Shown here in pieces: positions 39,451-52,248 of a stretch of 64,000 nucleotides of DNA (position 1 is the first letter of the stretch; every line of letters begins with the position of its first letter). This stretch comes from Camelus dromedarius (Eukaryota). The notes under the pieces are model-generated. The model saw only the letters and a program-made list of their open reading frames with translations, searched no databases and was not told the origin of the DNA. A program made the translations under genes and the position numbers. The stretch is from NCBI RefSeq assembly GCF_036321535.1, contig NC_087436.1, positions 105,278,001-105,342,000 of the forward strand. Direction: 5' to 3'.

Positions 39451-41419
39451 TATGTTTACTTTGCTTTCCAGGTCCTGGGGATGCAGTGGGAAAGGATGAA
39501 GACAAGGCTTTTTCTGAATCATCTGTCCTAGTGTAATATTATTGGCAACTCAAAAGTATAAGCCAGTTCTTGAAACTAGCATGTTGTGGTTGGGGAAGGT
39601 ACTTGGGTTCAAGTCTACTGTTAATTAATCTTGGGAAATTTCTGAACTCTTTCCTCTCCATTCTCTCCTGGGCAAAATGTAAATAATGGTTTTTGCCTTA
39701 CTTTCCTCCCAGAATTGTCTAGACAGTTAAACCTGTTAGGACTTTACATACATTATCAGAATTCAATGAGATTATCAAATAAGATTATCTTAGCTCCCTG
39801 ATGACCTTTATAAACTGTAAATTAGACATGGTGATTAAAATTCTTAAAGAAACAAAAACCAAAAAAACCTCAGGTTGGCTTGAAGAAAGCAGTATTTTTC
39901 CAGTTTTTTGGCTAGAGTTAAACGTTCCCAGAGGGGTTTCAGAACTCTTCCCGGCACACCACAGGGAGAATTTATCTACAGCAGCTCCTGAAGGCATCTT
40001 TCTCCACTCTGCTTATTAGCATTAACTGGGAAACATCTTAAAAACACCCATGCCGGGGCCTCACCCTAAACAAAGATTTCCAGTCTTTGCAGTAGGCATC
40101 AAAAAATTCCCTCAGGAGATACTAACATGCCTGGGCTGAGAAGTTCAGCCCCAAGAAATGTTTTTTTAATCTAACACCTGTGGTTTTGCCAGAAAAACTC
40201 TTAGGCATTATAATTGTTCTGGGTGGGCGGGGGTGGTTTGCCCAGCCTCCCTCCCACCTTCTGGAAGGTGGCAGCTGCACAAAACTTGAGTGCTTGGGCA
40301 TTTAGTTAGAGGATCTGCCCTCTGACTTTACAAATGGCATTGCCAGCATAGTATTTACAGTAGTAATGAAATCACTTTTATAATTGAATTGCTTCACAGA
40401 TTACAGAGTGCTTTCAAAAGCATCATCTCATTGAAATAAGTTTTGGGTTTTTCTTCAGATATAAAGAAATGTATGCTCATCACAGGAATCTTAAAAAAGT
40501 ATAGAAAGGTGAAAGAAGACATTAAAAAAAAAAAATCTCCCAAATCCCCATTATTCAAAGACAGCCATTGTTAATATTGTACAAATTTCCTTCCGGTTGT
40601 TCTAATGAATTAAAATTTTGTTGTAAAATGCATATTCATTATAAAAATCATATACAGAATTTCTAAAGCAAAAAATGAAAGTTCCTGTCCTCTCTCTAAC
40701 CCTCCACGCACCCCAACTCCTCCAACCACCTTGCCAAATCACATTCTTCAGAGGCAGACATTTTTAATGTTCTTTACATGCAAACAACCTCAGGCTTTTC
40801 CCTCTATAGGCATAAGTTTAATTTTTTCTGGTTTTTCATGGTTGTGTTCTTAAAGTAAATGCAATTTCTATTCCGTTTTACCCCATTGAATATTATATCA
40901 TAAGCTTTCTTGAGCATAATTTTTAATGGCTGCATAATATTTTATTGAATATATGCATTATAATTTGCTTAATTATATGCTGTTGAATAATTAGGTTGTT
41001 TCTAGTTTTTTACTATTATAAATTCTGCAATGACTATCTTTGTACATAAAGCCTTTTCTGTTCTATTTAGGCAATTTCTATAGAAAAATGCACACTCAGG
41101 AAGAGTATTCGTGGGTCACAGTGATAATTCTTTTCATGACCTTGGTAAGCCTGTTTATAACACAGAGAAAGAATCATGAGCTTTGGAGTCAGATAAATTT
41201 GTATTCAAATCCTAGCTTTGACATTGATTAGCTGTGTGACCTTGGAAAGTAACTTAATCTCTCTGAGTCTCATATCTGCCAGAGAGCAATGTGTACTTGA
41301 TAGTGTGATTATGAAGGTTATTTTGTAAGGCACTTAAGGTAAAACCTTTCCTAAATAAAGACTGAGTAAAAAATGTTTCTTGTATCTCTTTTAAAAAAAA
41401 CAAACAAAACTTTTTTGCC

Positions 41420-41970
41420 CTTTAAAAAAAATCAAGATATAACCTATACAGTAAGGTGCATACATTTTAAGTGTACAGCTTAATTTTTACACGTATAAAC
41501 CCATGTAACCACAATTCAGATCAAGATGTAGAACATTTCAAGTCACCTCAAGAGAGTCTCTCCTGCCCCTAACCTTTGATAATTATTCCCCCTTCCCAGA
41601 GGTAACCACTGATTTCTGTCACTGTGGATTAGTTTTTTCCTGTTTTTGAATTTTATTTAATGGAATCAAGTAATATGTACTCACATGTATGTTATCTTTT
41701 GCTCCATATTACGTCCCTGAGATTCATCCATGCTATTGTGAGCATTAATAGTCTGTTCTTTTATGTTGCTGTATAGTGTTCCAAAGCAAGAATATTCCAG
41801 CATTTATTTGTCCATTCTCCTGTTGATGGACATTTCAGGTGTTTCCAGTTTGGAGTTATTATGAATGCTTTTTCACATACTTATTGTGGACACATAACAT
41901 TTTTCTACATATACCTAGGAGTGGAATTGCTGGGTCAGAAGGTAGATGAAGATTTAGCTTTGCTAGATAT
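41420..41970 (-). mobile_element. Old L1 3' end
   Basis: ttttaagtgtacag...gagattcatccatg...gttgatggacatt...tacctaggagtggaattgctgggtca. Confidence 0.85.
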
Positions 41971-42763
41971 TTCTTTTTTATGAAGACAAGTTTTGAAAAG
42001 TTAAAATCATTTGTTTATTCATTCAAAAGATGTTTGTTAAGTGCCTAATATCCACCAAGCACTGTTCTAAGTCCTGAGGTATAGTGGTTCCAGGGTAAGT
42101 TAAATGAGGAATTCAAAAATTTCATTAAGGACCACTTTTCCTTTTCGCCATTTTTGAACTGTTCTAGAGGATTCAACTTCATCTTCAGGTTTGTGTGCTC
42201 ATAGTCTCGAGAAGGCTGTGACAGCTCCAGGTACCACATCATGAGAAGACCTTATCCAAAACCAAAAAGTGGGAGGAAAGAGGACCCTTCTTGTGTATGT
42301 GTATTTTATTTTTTAACCAGGGAGGAAACTTTCCCCAAAGTCCTCAGCAGACTTTCCCTTGGGCCCCATTGACTAGGTTGCATCAAAGCTCATGTCCTAT
42401 CAGCAAAGAGGTGTGAGATAAAGTGTACTCAGCATTTTCAGCTTCTTCAAGAAGAAGTATGTTCCACCCACAAAGAAGGAAATAGTCATGCACGAGCAGT
42501 CAACGGTGTCTACCACAGCTATTTTATAGCTATTTAAACTTGGGTAAATGACTTCCCCTCTTTGAGGCTTCCCCATCAGAAAAATGAGGGGTAACAATAC
42601 TTGCTTTAAAAATTAGAGCTAGTATTAAATGAAATAAAATAACAAACGAAGAGATGGGCACGTAACAGATTCCAAATAAATGTTATTGCCCTCCCTTTAT
42701 ACTATTCTATGCCCATGCCACTCAACATTTGTGGAGATTTCAATTAAGAATTGTTAAATTAAT

Positions 42764-42904
42764 GGGGGAGGTATAGCTCAGTGGTAGAGTGCATACTTAG
42801 CATGCATGAGGTCCTGGGTTCAATCCCCAGTACCTCCATTAAATAAATAAGTGAATAAATAAACAAACCTAATTATCTATCTCCCCCTTCCAAAAAAAAA
42901 AAAA
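42764..42904 (+). mobile_element. vic-1-type tRNA-derived SINE (full length)
   Basis: gggggaggtatagctcagtggtagagtgcatacttagcatgcatgaggtcctgggttcaatccccagtacctcc plus AT-rich tail and poly(A). TSD aagaattgttaaa at 42746-42758 and 42903-42915. Confidence 0.92.
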
Positions 42905-43929
42905 GAATTGTTAAAATAAAAGATAAATTGAGAAAGGTGAAGAGGAGAAACAAAGAGCATGTATTTCCTGTTGTGATATGTCTCTGTAATTTATATGGCT
43001 AGAGAACTTGTAGCTTATTATTTTAGGATGCAAAAGAGAATGGGGAAATCTGAACGAGTTACAAGGAGATGTATTGCAGTTAACCAAATTTTGTTGCTTC
43101 ACAAATACATGAAAAAATATGATCATGCGAAGGATATTGGATACCAAATGGGCTTTATTTTTAACTGTTTGTTTTAATAGCTCATGAAAATATGGTGGTG
43201 CTTTTTATGGCTGTAATGAATTTTCGAGATATGAGACTTCACTGCAGCTTTCTAATACTAAATCTTTTTAGTGGAGATAAGATACTTGATTTGCTGGTGT
43301 CTCTCCATGCATCCTGGTGGCTGATTCCTTCTTTTGCTGCTGTTCGTGTTTCTCTAAAAATTTCTGGCTGTTGGGTATGGGTAGAAGGGGAGATAATTTC
43401 AGCAGTTGGTGCCTAGGAAATTGGTATCATCCCCTAAGAGCTTCATTTGCCTTCCTCAGGTTTATTCTCATTTCTTACATACAAACTTTTCCCCTTCCCA
43501 TGTAGGGCACATGATGGCTTCTTTGGCATTGGAACTTTAAAAAGAGGAAGAATATGTGTGCATTAAGATTCTTTGATTTCAGTAGCAGAAATTCAACTTA
43601 ACTTCTTTGCCATAAAAAGAGAATGAATGGTCTCCCATGGTGGGTGAGATCTGATCTTAGTTTGGGAGAATGGGCCTGATGTAGCTGTGGTAGTGCTGAC
43701 TGTGTTCGAGGAGTGGGGCCTGCTTATTCCAGCTCCTGTTTTCCACCACAAATTCCTTTGTCCAAGAAGAAAGCAGGAAAGACTTCAGCTTCACTAGGCC
43801 ATTATATTTTCAGCACATTGTAGTCCAGCAGCTGGGGTACTTCAGAAGTACTCGTCAAGTATTACTTGAATGGAGAAAAGAAAAAACATAAAGATGCTAT
43901 GGGATTTTTTTCCACTTTAGTTGTCTTCA

Positions 43930-44110
43930 AGAGCATGAGCTATGGAGATGGAGTTCCCGGGCTTCAAACCGGGCATCCCAGCTCTGCCCTCATCCGTGCA
44001 ACTTTGCGTGTGTCACTTAACTGCTCTGTGGCTCTGTTTCTTTATCTGAAAAATGAAGATAATAATAGAGGATTGTTGAGAAAATTAAACGAATTAATAC
44101 ACATAAAATA
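43930..44110 (+). mobile_element. MIR SINE
   Basis: cccagctctgcc...gtcacttaactgctctgtggctctgtttctttatctgaaaaatgaagataataat. Confidence 0.75.
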
Positions 44111-44266
44111 CTTATATGATAGGCTGGATTTCTAATCACCTATACCTAATCAGCTCTGGGAAGAATGTACGTCGCCACCCTCTTTGAAGTTAAGGTTGGC
44201 CTTGTGATTTGATTTAGCCAAAGATGTGATGATAGCAAGTGCCAGGTGTTAATTTCTGAGTGGAAG

Positions 44267-44905
44267 TGTGTGTTTTGACATAAGCTACGTAGTAAAGAAC
44301 TTGGCCTTGCCCAAAGAAAGGACTGGCTTTGCCCTCAGTTTCTAGAAGGTAATCGGTGCCATGCCTGATAAAAGTGTCTTTGGTTAGGGTAGGGACTGGC
44401 CACACTGGATCTTAGAGTGGGGCTGGCCATATCCAACAGTTTTAGTGTCGGGGCAAGCCACACCAGAAAGACCAACCATGGGATTCAGGGTAGGGGCTTT
44501 GGGTCATGTGTTATCTCAACCTGGAGATTGAGTTCAACCATGTGGACAATCACTCGATCTGTCCTGTAACCCCAATAAAAAGCCTGGACACAGAAGCTCA
44601 GGTAAGCTGTCTTGGTCTGCACTGTTCTGTGTGTATTGTTGGGCACTGATGCCAGGAGGGTTATGCATCCTGAGGGCAGTGTAGCTTTGTGTTTGGAAAC
44701 TTCCGAGATTCTGCTCTATGTGTCTCTTCCTCTAACTGATTTTGATCTGTATCTTTTCCTGTAATAAACTGTAACTCTGAGCATAATAGCTCTCAGTGAG
44801 TTCTCAGTTCTTCAGTGAATTACAAACCTGAGGGTAGTTTGGGGAACCCTTGAACTTGCAGTTGATACCAGAAGTGAGGACAGTCCTGGGGGCTGTGACC
44901 TCAAA
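44267..44905 (+). mobile_element. MER21-like LTR
   Basis: aagctacgtagtaaagaacttggccttgcccaaag...ccccaataaaa...cttgcagttgataccagaagtgagg. Confidence 0.8.
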
Positions 44906-45096
44906 ATTTTCAGGCTTAACTCTGGGTATGTTCTTTTGTTTTTCCTTCTGACCGGGCACTGGTAATGTTCCAGATATTGGCAGCTCTGTCAGCCTGGGTC
45001 TTAGGATGAAGATGATGATATGCTGAGAAGCCCCAGCCAAGCTGTGTATTATGAGTGAGAAATAAACTTTAATTTATTTAAAATAAGTTCCCACTG

Positions 45097-45365
45097 GGGG
45101 GCGGAGGGTGGGAAGGGATAGACTGGGATTTCAAAATTGTAGAATAGATAAACAAGATTATACTGTATAGCACAGGGAAATATACATAAAATGTTATGGT
45201 AGCTCACAGAGAAAAAAATGTGACAATGAGTGTGTATATATCCATGTATGACTGAAAAATTGTGCTGAACACTGGAATTTGACACAACATTGTAAAATGA
45301 TCATAAATCAATAAAAAAATGTTAAAAAATAAAATAAAAAAACACACTAAAAAAATAAATAAAAT
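45097..45365 (+). mobile_element. Young 5'-truncated L1 3' end
   Basis: gggaagggatagactgggatttcaaaattgtagaatagataaacaagattatactgtatagcacaggg... with A-rich tail. Perfect 17-bp TSD aaaataagttcccactg at 45080-45096 and 45366-45382. Confidence 0.92.
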
Positions 45366-45784
45366 AAAATAAGTTCCCACTGATTTGGGGATTGTTTGTA
45401 GCCACAGGGTAACCTAACCTATCCTAACTGATGTAACAGGCACAGGGCCTGGCACATGTAAACATTAGGTAAAGACTTGCCATCACAAATTAGTACTATA
45501 ACATTATACATACACTTTGTTGGATAATACAAGCATATACATCTGTAAATTACAAGAAGACTTATCCATAGTGTCCATTTGTTAAATTTGGGAGCTAAAA
45601 AAACACAATTTCCAAACAACGTTCCATAAAAAACAAATTCCCCTTAAGTTCTTTCCACAATGAAGGCAATTGATCTTTGGAACCGCTGAGGATACAACCT
45701 TTCCAGCAGACCTGTCATTTTCCTAAAATCTAGACCCCCTCTAGCCTCCACTAAAAAAAAAAAAAAAAAATCTAGAGCAGTTTT

Positions 45785-46425
45785 GTTTTAATTGTGGTAA
45801 AATACACATAACCTAAAATTTGCTATCTTAGCCACTTGCAAGTGTTCAGTTCAGTAGAGTTAAGCATATTCACGCTGTTGTGCAACCAATCTCCGGAATT
45901 TTTTCATTATGCAAAACCAAAATTTTCTACCCATTAAACAATTCCCCACGTCCCCCCTCACCCAAGCCCCTGGAAATCACAATTCTACTTTCTGTTTCTA
46001 TGAATTTGACTACTCTAGGTACCTCACATAAATGGAATCAAACAGTATTTGTCTTTTTGTGACTGGTTTACTTCATTTAGCAAAATGTCCTAAGGCTCAT
46101 CCATGTTGCAATATGTGTCAGAATTTCCTTCCTTTTTAAGGATGAATGATTTTGCATCATATGTCCATAACATGTTGTTTACCCATTTCAGTCATCAGTG
46201 GACCCCTGGATTGCTTCCACCTTTTGACTATTTTGTACAATGCTGCTATGAACACGGGTATACAAACACCCTCTTGAGACCCTGCTTTCAGTCCTTTGGA
46301 TATATACCCAGGAGTGGAATTGCTGGATCATACAGTAATTCCATGTTTAATTTTCTAACAAACGACCACCACACCATACTGGTTTCCATAGCAGCTACAT
46401 CATTTTACATTTTCACCAACAGTTG
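45785..46425 (-). mobile_element. L1MA/MB-type 3' end
   Basis: aattgtggtaaaatacacataac...gaatttgactactctaggtacctca...atacccaggagtggaattgctggatcata. Confidence 0.85.
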
Positions 46426-46849
46426 TAATAGCCTTAAAATAGATTCTGCATTGAAAGCAAACAAGGGGCACTTTAGAATTTAGCCCTCATCTATTTTTCC
46501 TGGTATCTCTTCCACACTAGAAATGTGGGGACTAAGAAGAATCTTCTTCCTCGATTAAGGAGGGGGAGGAGTGTCCAGGGAGATTAACCAAAGTAAGGGA
46601 ATAAGCCACTACCCTTATTTGACTTCCTCAAAGCCTCACCTTTTTATACCACTCCACCTCTTATATAGTCTTACTCTCTCATCCAGACTCTACAAAGAGG
46701 ACAGAACTTGAAAAGCTTCCACATTTGACTTTCAACCATTGCTTTTTATCTTCTTTTCAAAAAGGAAAACTTTTTTCTTAAGGATTATATGCTCCTTTTT
46801 TCTCCATCTGTGTTACCAGTACACGGGTGGCTATTAGCTCAGGCTAATT

Positions 46850-47372
46850 TCTGCTTATCTATTTCTTCGTAATACATTACTGCCACAATGAAAACAACAA
46901 CCATTTAATTATGTCTCATGATTTTGTGGGTCATGAATTCAGGATGGCTTAGTTGGGTGATAATTCTACGTCATGAGTGTGAACTGGGGTCATCTGATGG
47001 TGTTTAGCTTGTGGATGACTGCTCTGAAAGTCTTTACTAGCTTGTCTGGTTTCTTCGAAGGGATGGCTAGAAGACTGGCTTAGCTGGGACTCTCAGCTGT
47101 GGGAGGCTTGCACACAGAGCCTGTCCAGCATGGCGGTCTCAGGGTAGTCAGACTTACACGGCACCTTAGGGCTCCCAGAGAATGTTCCAAGGATCAGGAA
47201 GTGAATGCTTCCAGTCTCTTAATGCCTAAGCCCAGGCAAGAGTGAGCTTCTGCTATATTCTACTGATGGAAACAGTTACAGAACCCACCTGAATTGAAGA
47301 GGAGGGGACTTAGACCCCATCTCTTGATGGGAGGAGTGTCCAAAAATTTTTGGGCATTTTCAGTCTTTCACA
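46850..47372 (-). mobile_element. MLT1-family MaLR LTR
   Basis: tctcatgattttgtgggtcatgaattc...ccagcatggcggtctcagggtagtcagactt...ccccatctcttgatgggaggag. Confidence 0.7.
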
Positions 47373-47689
47373 CTATTTACTCAAGAAAAGACTAACAAAT
47401 GTTATGACACAGGTACAGTGGAGTCTGAGTTTCATAGTGATCCGGGGTGGGAGGATTAAATAACTATTGTAGGCTGAGGCAGAACAAAGATTAAGATTCC
47501 AAAAAGCCATAGCCAAATCCCTAAGCTGTGAATGAAAGGTTAATGGATTAAATTAATTAAACATTAAAACTATTGAATAGAAAAAATAAACAATATACAA
47601 GGGAAAATAGTAAGATGTTTAATAGATAAAGGATTACTATTCTTAATATAGAAAGTACTTTTTAAATTAATAGTAGACAAACACATTTG

Positions 47690-48900
47690 GAAATGTAAGG
47701 GACTCAGAATATCCAAAACATTCTCCCCCTAAAAAACTCTAACTTAGAGGACTTACCCTTTTTGATTTCAAAAATTATTACAAACTATTTAAATCAAAAC
47801 CATGTGGCACTGGTATGAGGATAGGATATAGATGAATAGAACAGAACTGAGAATAAGCCAATTTATGGTCAATTAATTTTTGACAAGAGTTCCAAGAACA
47901 ATTCAGTGGGGAAAAGATTAGTCTTTTCTAATAGTGCTGGGACAACTGGATATCCATATGCAAAAGAATGAAGTTGGACCCCTGCCTCATACTATATCAT
48001 GTACAAAAAAAAAAAACCTCAAAATGGAGCAAAGATCTAAATGTAAGAGTTTAAACTATAAGACCAATAGGGGTGAATGTCCTTGACCTTGGATGAAGCA
48101 ATGGTTTCTTAGACATGAAATCTAAAGCATAACAACCAATGAAAAAATAGATTAATTGGATTTCATCAAAATTTACAACTTTGGGGCTTCAAAGGACACT
48201 ATTAAGAAAGTGAAAAGACAATCCATAGAATGGGAGAAAATTATTTCAAGTCATATATCTGATAAGGAATTAGTACTATTCAGAATATATAAGGAACTCT
48301 TAATAACTCAACATTAAAAAGAAAAATTACACATTTAAAAATGGGCACAGGATTTGAATAAACCTTTTTTAAAAGAAGATATACAAATGGCCAATAAATA
48401 CGTGAGAAGATATTCACAGCATTAGTCCCCAAAGAAGTGCTAATCATAACCACAATGAGATACCACATCACATCTAGTGGGGGAGCTGAAGTAAAAGATT
48501 CTAACAAGCGTTGAGGAGGGTATGGAGGAACTGGGACCCTCATACGTTGCTGATGGGATATAAAATGGTTCAGCTGCTCTGAAATACCACCTGACAGTTG
48601 CTCTAAAAGTTAAACGTAGGTTTACCACATGAGACCCAATTTCACTCCTAGGTATATGCCCAAGATAACTGAAATGACACAAACCACTAAAACATTCCTA
48701 GAGAGCAGATTGGAAATAGCTATCACAACTTGAAAAATATATACCCTTCAACCCACAGATTCCACCTTCGTGAATATATTCTTAGGACATCTATCAAGGC
48801 AAGAGTGCAAAATATATCTATCTAACATGTTCACTGAAGTGTTGTTTAGTAAATTTGGAAATAACCTAAAATATCTATCAATAGGAAATAAGTTCTGATA
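47690..48900 (+). mobile_element. Ancient L1M ORF2 3' region
   Basis: tcaaaaccatgtggcactggta...gtgctgggacaactggatatccatatgcaaaagaatgaagttggaccc...agaatgggagaaaattattt...cacaatgagataccac. Confidence 0.9.
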
Positions 48901-49869
48901 TAATTTCTATTAGGCAGTGGAATATCTAACACTTGTTCAAAAGGATTTTATGTTGCTGGGCTGATGACTCTCTTACCCTGTAATTTTTTTCTTTCTTGTG
49001 GAGATAAAATGAACAGATGAGGACAAACATCTGTATTTCTTATGCACCTCCCAGAAGATGGACTGTGTATTTTAAGCAAAGGAGGAGAATGTGTGATACT
49101 TGCGAATTCCTTTTCGATAGTTCCTTTGTTGGAGGTTATGCTGAGTTGCTTTCTATGTGTCTATTTGAAAACTGGGGGAGAGAAGAGAAGCGTGATTGGG
49201 ATTGACCAAGGTTCACAATCTCAGCCTGGAGGAAGGTCAGTACAAGAGGTAAGGGCAGTACCCCTCAAGCCTGCAGGACACGAGGCTGCTTGTTGTTGGC
49301 TCCCAAGTCACTCCCTGAGCCTCGCTGACTTGGGCCCAGCATTACCTGGTAATCTGTGTATCCCAGCTTCAGGCAGTGGGTTGGAACATTACACACTCTG
49401 CTTAACACTTCACGTCTTTTAGCCCTGAAACTTCCACCCTATTCCAGTGAGTCTAAGTAACACTTACCGCTGGGTAGGAGTATGGTTGGCTAGCCTGAAT
49501 TTAGGTAGTTCTTAAGATATCTATTTATTGAAAGGGAAAGATGTCCATAATATATTAAGTAGAAAAAACAAAGCTGAAAAAATATGTATGTCATGATTCC
49601 TATTTTTTTGTATTGAAAAGCACACACGTACTTGCATAGACAAAACACTTCGATGTTTTGATGCCACCAATGTGGTAACAGTGGCTGTCACTGGCTGGTG
49701 TATTTTGGGGGTGATCTGATTTTCTTCTATATACTTCACCAGTGTTTGATCTTTTTTTTCCCCAATGAGTATATATTACTTTTATAAACAGAAGAAACAA
49801 ATCTATTTCTTAAAAATATGCCAGTGTGAGAGGGTCAGCTAGATATTGTTGGTCTAAACAGGTGGACTT

Positions 49870-49925
49870 TGGAGCCTGGGAGGTCCATGGAGCCTGGCAA
49901 GTCTATGGAGCCTGGCAGGTCCATG
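49870..49925. repeat. 18-bp tandem repeat x3 (tggagcctggcaggtcca)
   Basis: Three units seen directly, with 1-2 mismatches. Confidence 0.9.
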
Positions 49926-50073
49926 CTGACATATGGAAAACACAGAGCACAAGGGCGACTGCAGATTGCAGGGCAGAGGGCGTTTAGTTTCTGGATGCCA
50001 GCGGTCATGCTTCTTCCAGTGTTATATGGAAGGAAAAGGGATGTCAGAACTGGTCCGCTAAATGGAGGAGTGT

Positions 50074-50468
50074 TGTGAGCTGAATTATATATCCCTAGAA
50101 CGCCTATGTCGAAGCCCTAACCCCTAGCACGTCAAAATGTGGCTGCATTTGGACACAGGGTCTTTAAAGAGCGCTTAATTTAACATGAGATCATTAGGGT
50201 GGGCCCTAATCCATTCTTATTGGTGTCTTTATAAGAAAAGGAAATTAGACACAGAAAGACACCAGAGATGTGTAAGCACAGAGAAAAGACCATGCGAGGA
50301 CACAGCCAGAAGTCAGCCAATCTGTAAGCCAAGGAGAGAAACCTCAGAAGAAAATAAACCTGTCAACACCTTGATCTGAGACTTCTAGCTTCCAGAACGG
50401 AGAGAAAATACATTTCTGTTCAGCCACCCGGCCTGTGGTATTTTGCTATGGCAGCCCCAGCAAACTAA
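50074..50468 (+). mobile_element. MLT1B-like MaLR LTR
   Basis: tgtgagctgaattat...gaagccctaacccct...gggtgggccctaatcca...gctatggcagccccagcaaactaa. Confidence 0.85.
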
Positions 50469-50929
50469 AATGAGGATATTTATAATTTTAAGTTTTGCAT
50501 GTTGAAATGTGTAAATATTTCAGCCCAAACATTTTCACAGATGCTGACTTTTTTTTTGCCTTCATTCAGAGTACCTTTCTTCAACAAATATTTCATAAGA
50601 AAACCCTCATCAAATAAGTTGTCTCTACTTACGATTCTGCATAATTATAGGCCTCCTAAATTTCATTTCATTCCAGTACAGAGCATAAATTTATCCAATT
50701 AAAAATAGGTGCATCCGCAAATGATTCATCCTGCAAGTGGAGATATCACTTGCAATTACAGTGTTTCAATATTAATATTGTATATCATTTGGGGGCTCAT
50801 TATTTAATTTATTCAGTAGATCTTGTGCTTATGAAAGGACAGATTTCAAGTCTCCCTGTTTGCTAACCCTGCTTCCAGCAACCGCATTTTGGCACTTCAT
50901 TTGATAAATATTTTGATTAAAAATTTTCA

Positions 50930-51680
50930 TAAGCACATGAAAAGATGTCCAACTTTATTGGTCATCAGAAAAATATCAATTAAAATCACAATGAGATACC
51001 ACTATACACTAGAATGGAGAAAGTGAAAAAGATCGACACAACCAAGTGTTGGCAAGGACGTGATGCGACTGGGGCTCTCGTACATTTCTGGTGGGAATAC
51101 AGTCACTGTGGCCAACAGTATGACATTCCCTTAAAAAGTTAAATATTCGTTACTATACAACTATACCACACAAGCAGAAGTTCTACTTGTTAGTATTCAC
51201 CTGGGAGAAATGAAAATATGTATCCAGGCAAAACATGTATCTGAATGGCTTTAGCACCATTATTCATAACAGCCCCAAACTGGAAACAAATCAAATGTCC
51301 ATCACCTTTGAGTGGAGAAAGTGTGGGATAACACGGACAACTACTCAGCAATAAAAAGAAGGAAATATGAATGTAGACAACAATATGGATACATCTCAAA
51401 AATATTATGCTAAGCAAAAGAAGTCAAATACAAACATCTCATACTCTGTGAGTCCATTTATGTGAAATTCTATAATTTGCAGAACTCTAATGATGGAAAG
51501 CAGATCACTGGTTGCCTGGGGCCAGGGTGAAAGGAGATGATTGAGTACAAATGGGTATGAGGAAACTTCTTAGGGTGAGAAAATTGTTCTATTTCTTGAT
51601 CGTGGTGGTTAAATGAGATTACAAAAATTCACCAAACTGGACACTTCAAGTTAGTGTAAATATTACCCTGATTAACAAAA
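50930..51680 (+). mobile_element. Old L1 (L1MC-type) 3' end
   Basis: aagcacatgaaaagatg...cacaatgagataccac...ccccaaactggaaacaa...ggttgcctgggg. Confidence 0.85.
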
Positions 51681-51827
51681 AGGAGGAAAAAATTTCCCAC
51701 TAACTGTAAGCAACATACCTCCAAAATTTAAAAGACTTATAAAAAAAATTCGGTACACTGGTAGAACATATATTCATTTACAAAATAGTTATGTCAAGGC
51801 TCAAATATTTTTAATATCAGATTGCTG

Positions 51828-52248
51828 TGTTGGTTGGCAACCTTGGGAGTTCCCTGGTGAAATTCAAAACTGGTCCTTATACATGGAGAACATGGAGATC
51901 CAAAGAAAGAGACAGACCACTGCAGATTGGTAGCTGGCAGTTTTAATAAGCAAGGGACCTTACATACAAGATTTGTCTTGGTTGGTTGCAATGTAAGTAG
52001 ATTTCCCCACTTATGCACCAGAATCTTAAGAGTTTGTGTAGAAGCCTTAATGGGGTTCAGTCACATATACTGTCTAGACTCTCAGTAACACATTGCCCTT
52101 CTAAGGATGTGTCCTTGAAGTGGCTCCTAGGGCAGTGGGCAGAATGCACATTCCAAGGACAGGGGAGCAGGGGGTGAGAAGCCTCTGATTGCCTGGGTCC
52201 AGCTTGAGGGTCATCTGGAGTCATGTCCTCCAATGGCCTCCTCCAACA
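51828..52248 (-). mobile_element. ERV solo LTR
   Basis: Inverted termini tgttgg...ccaaca, minus-strand ATTAAA near 51942. Subfamily not identified. Confidence 0.6.

Larger units (their letters stand above)
44150..45432 (+). mobile_element. MLT1I/J-like MaLR LTR, split by MER21 and L1 insertions
   Basis: 5' part gaagttaaggttggccttgtgatt...tttctgagtggaag; 3' part ggcagctctgtcagcctgggtc...gtgagaaataaactt...ggggattgtttgt...cctatcctaactgat. Confidence 0.65.

Noticed and set aside
49869..50078. ORF with MEPGRS repeats, or a CRISPR-like array
   Set aside because: Three spacer-less tandem units in mammalian DNA. The ORF starts at TTG and has no coding support.
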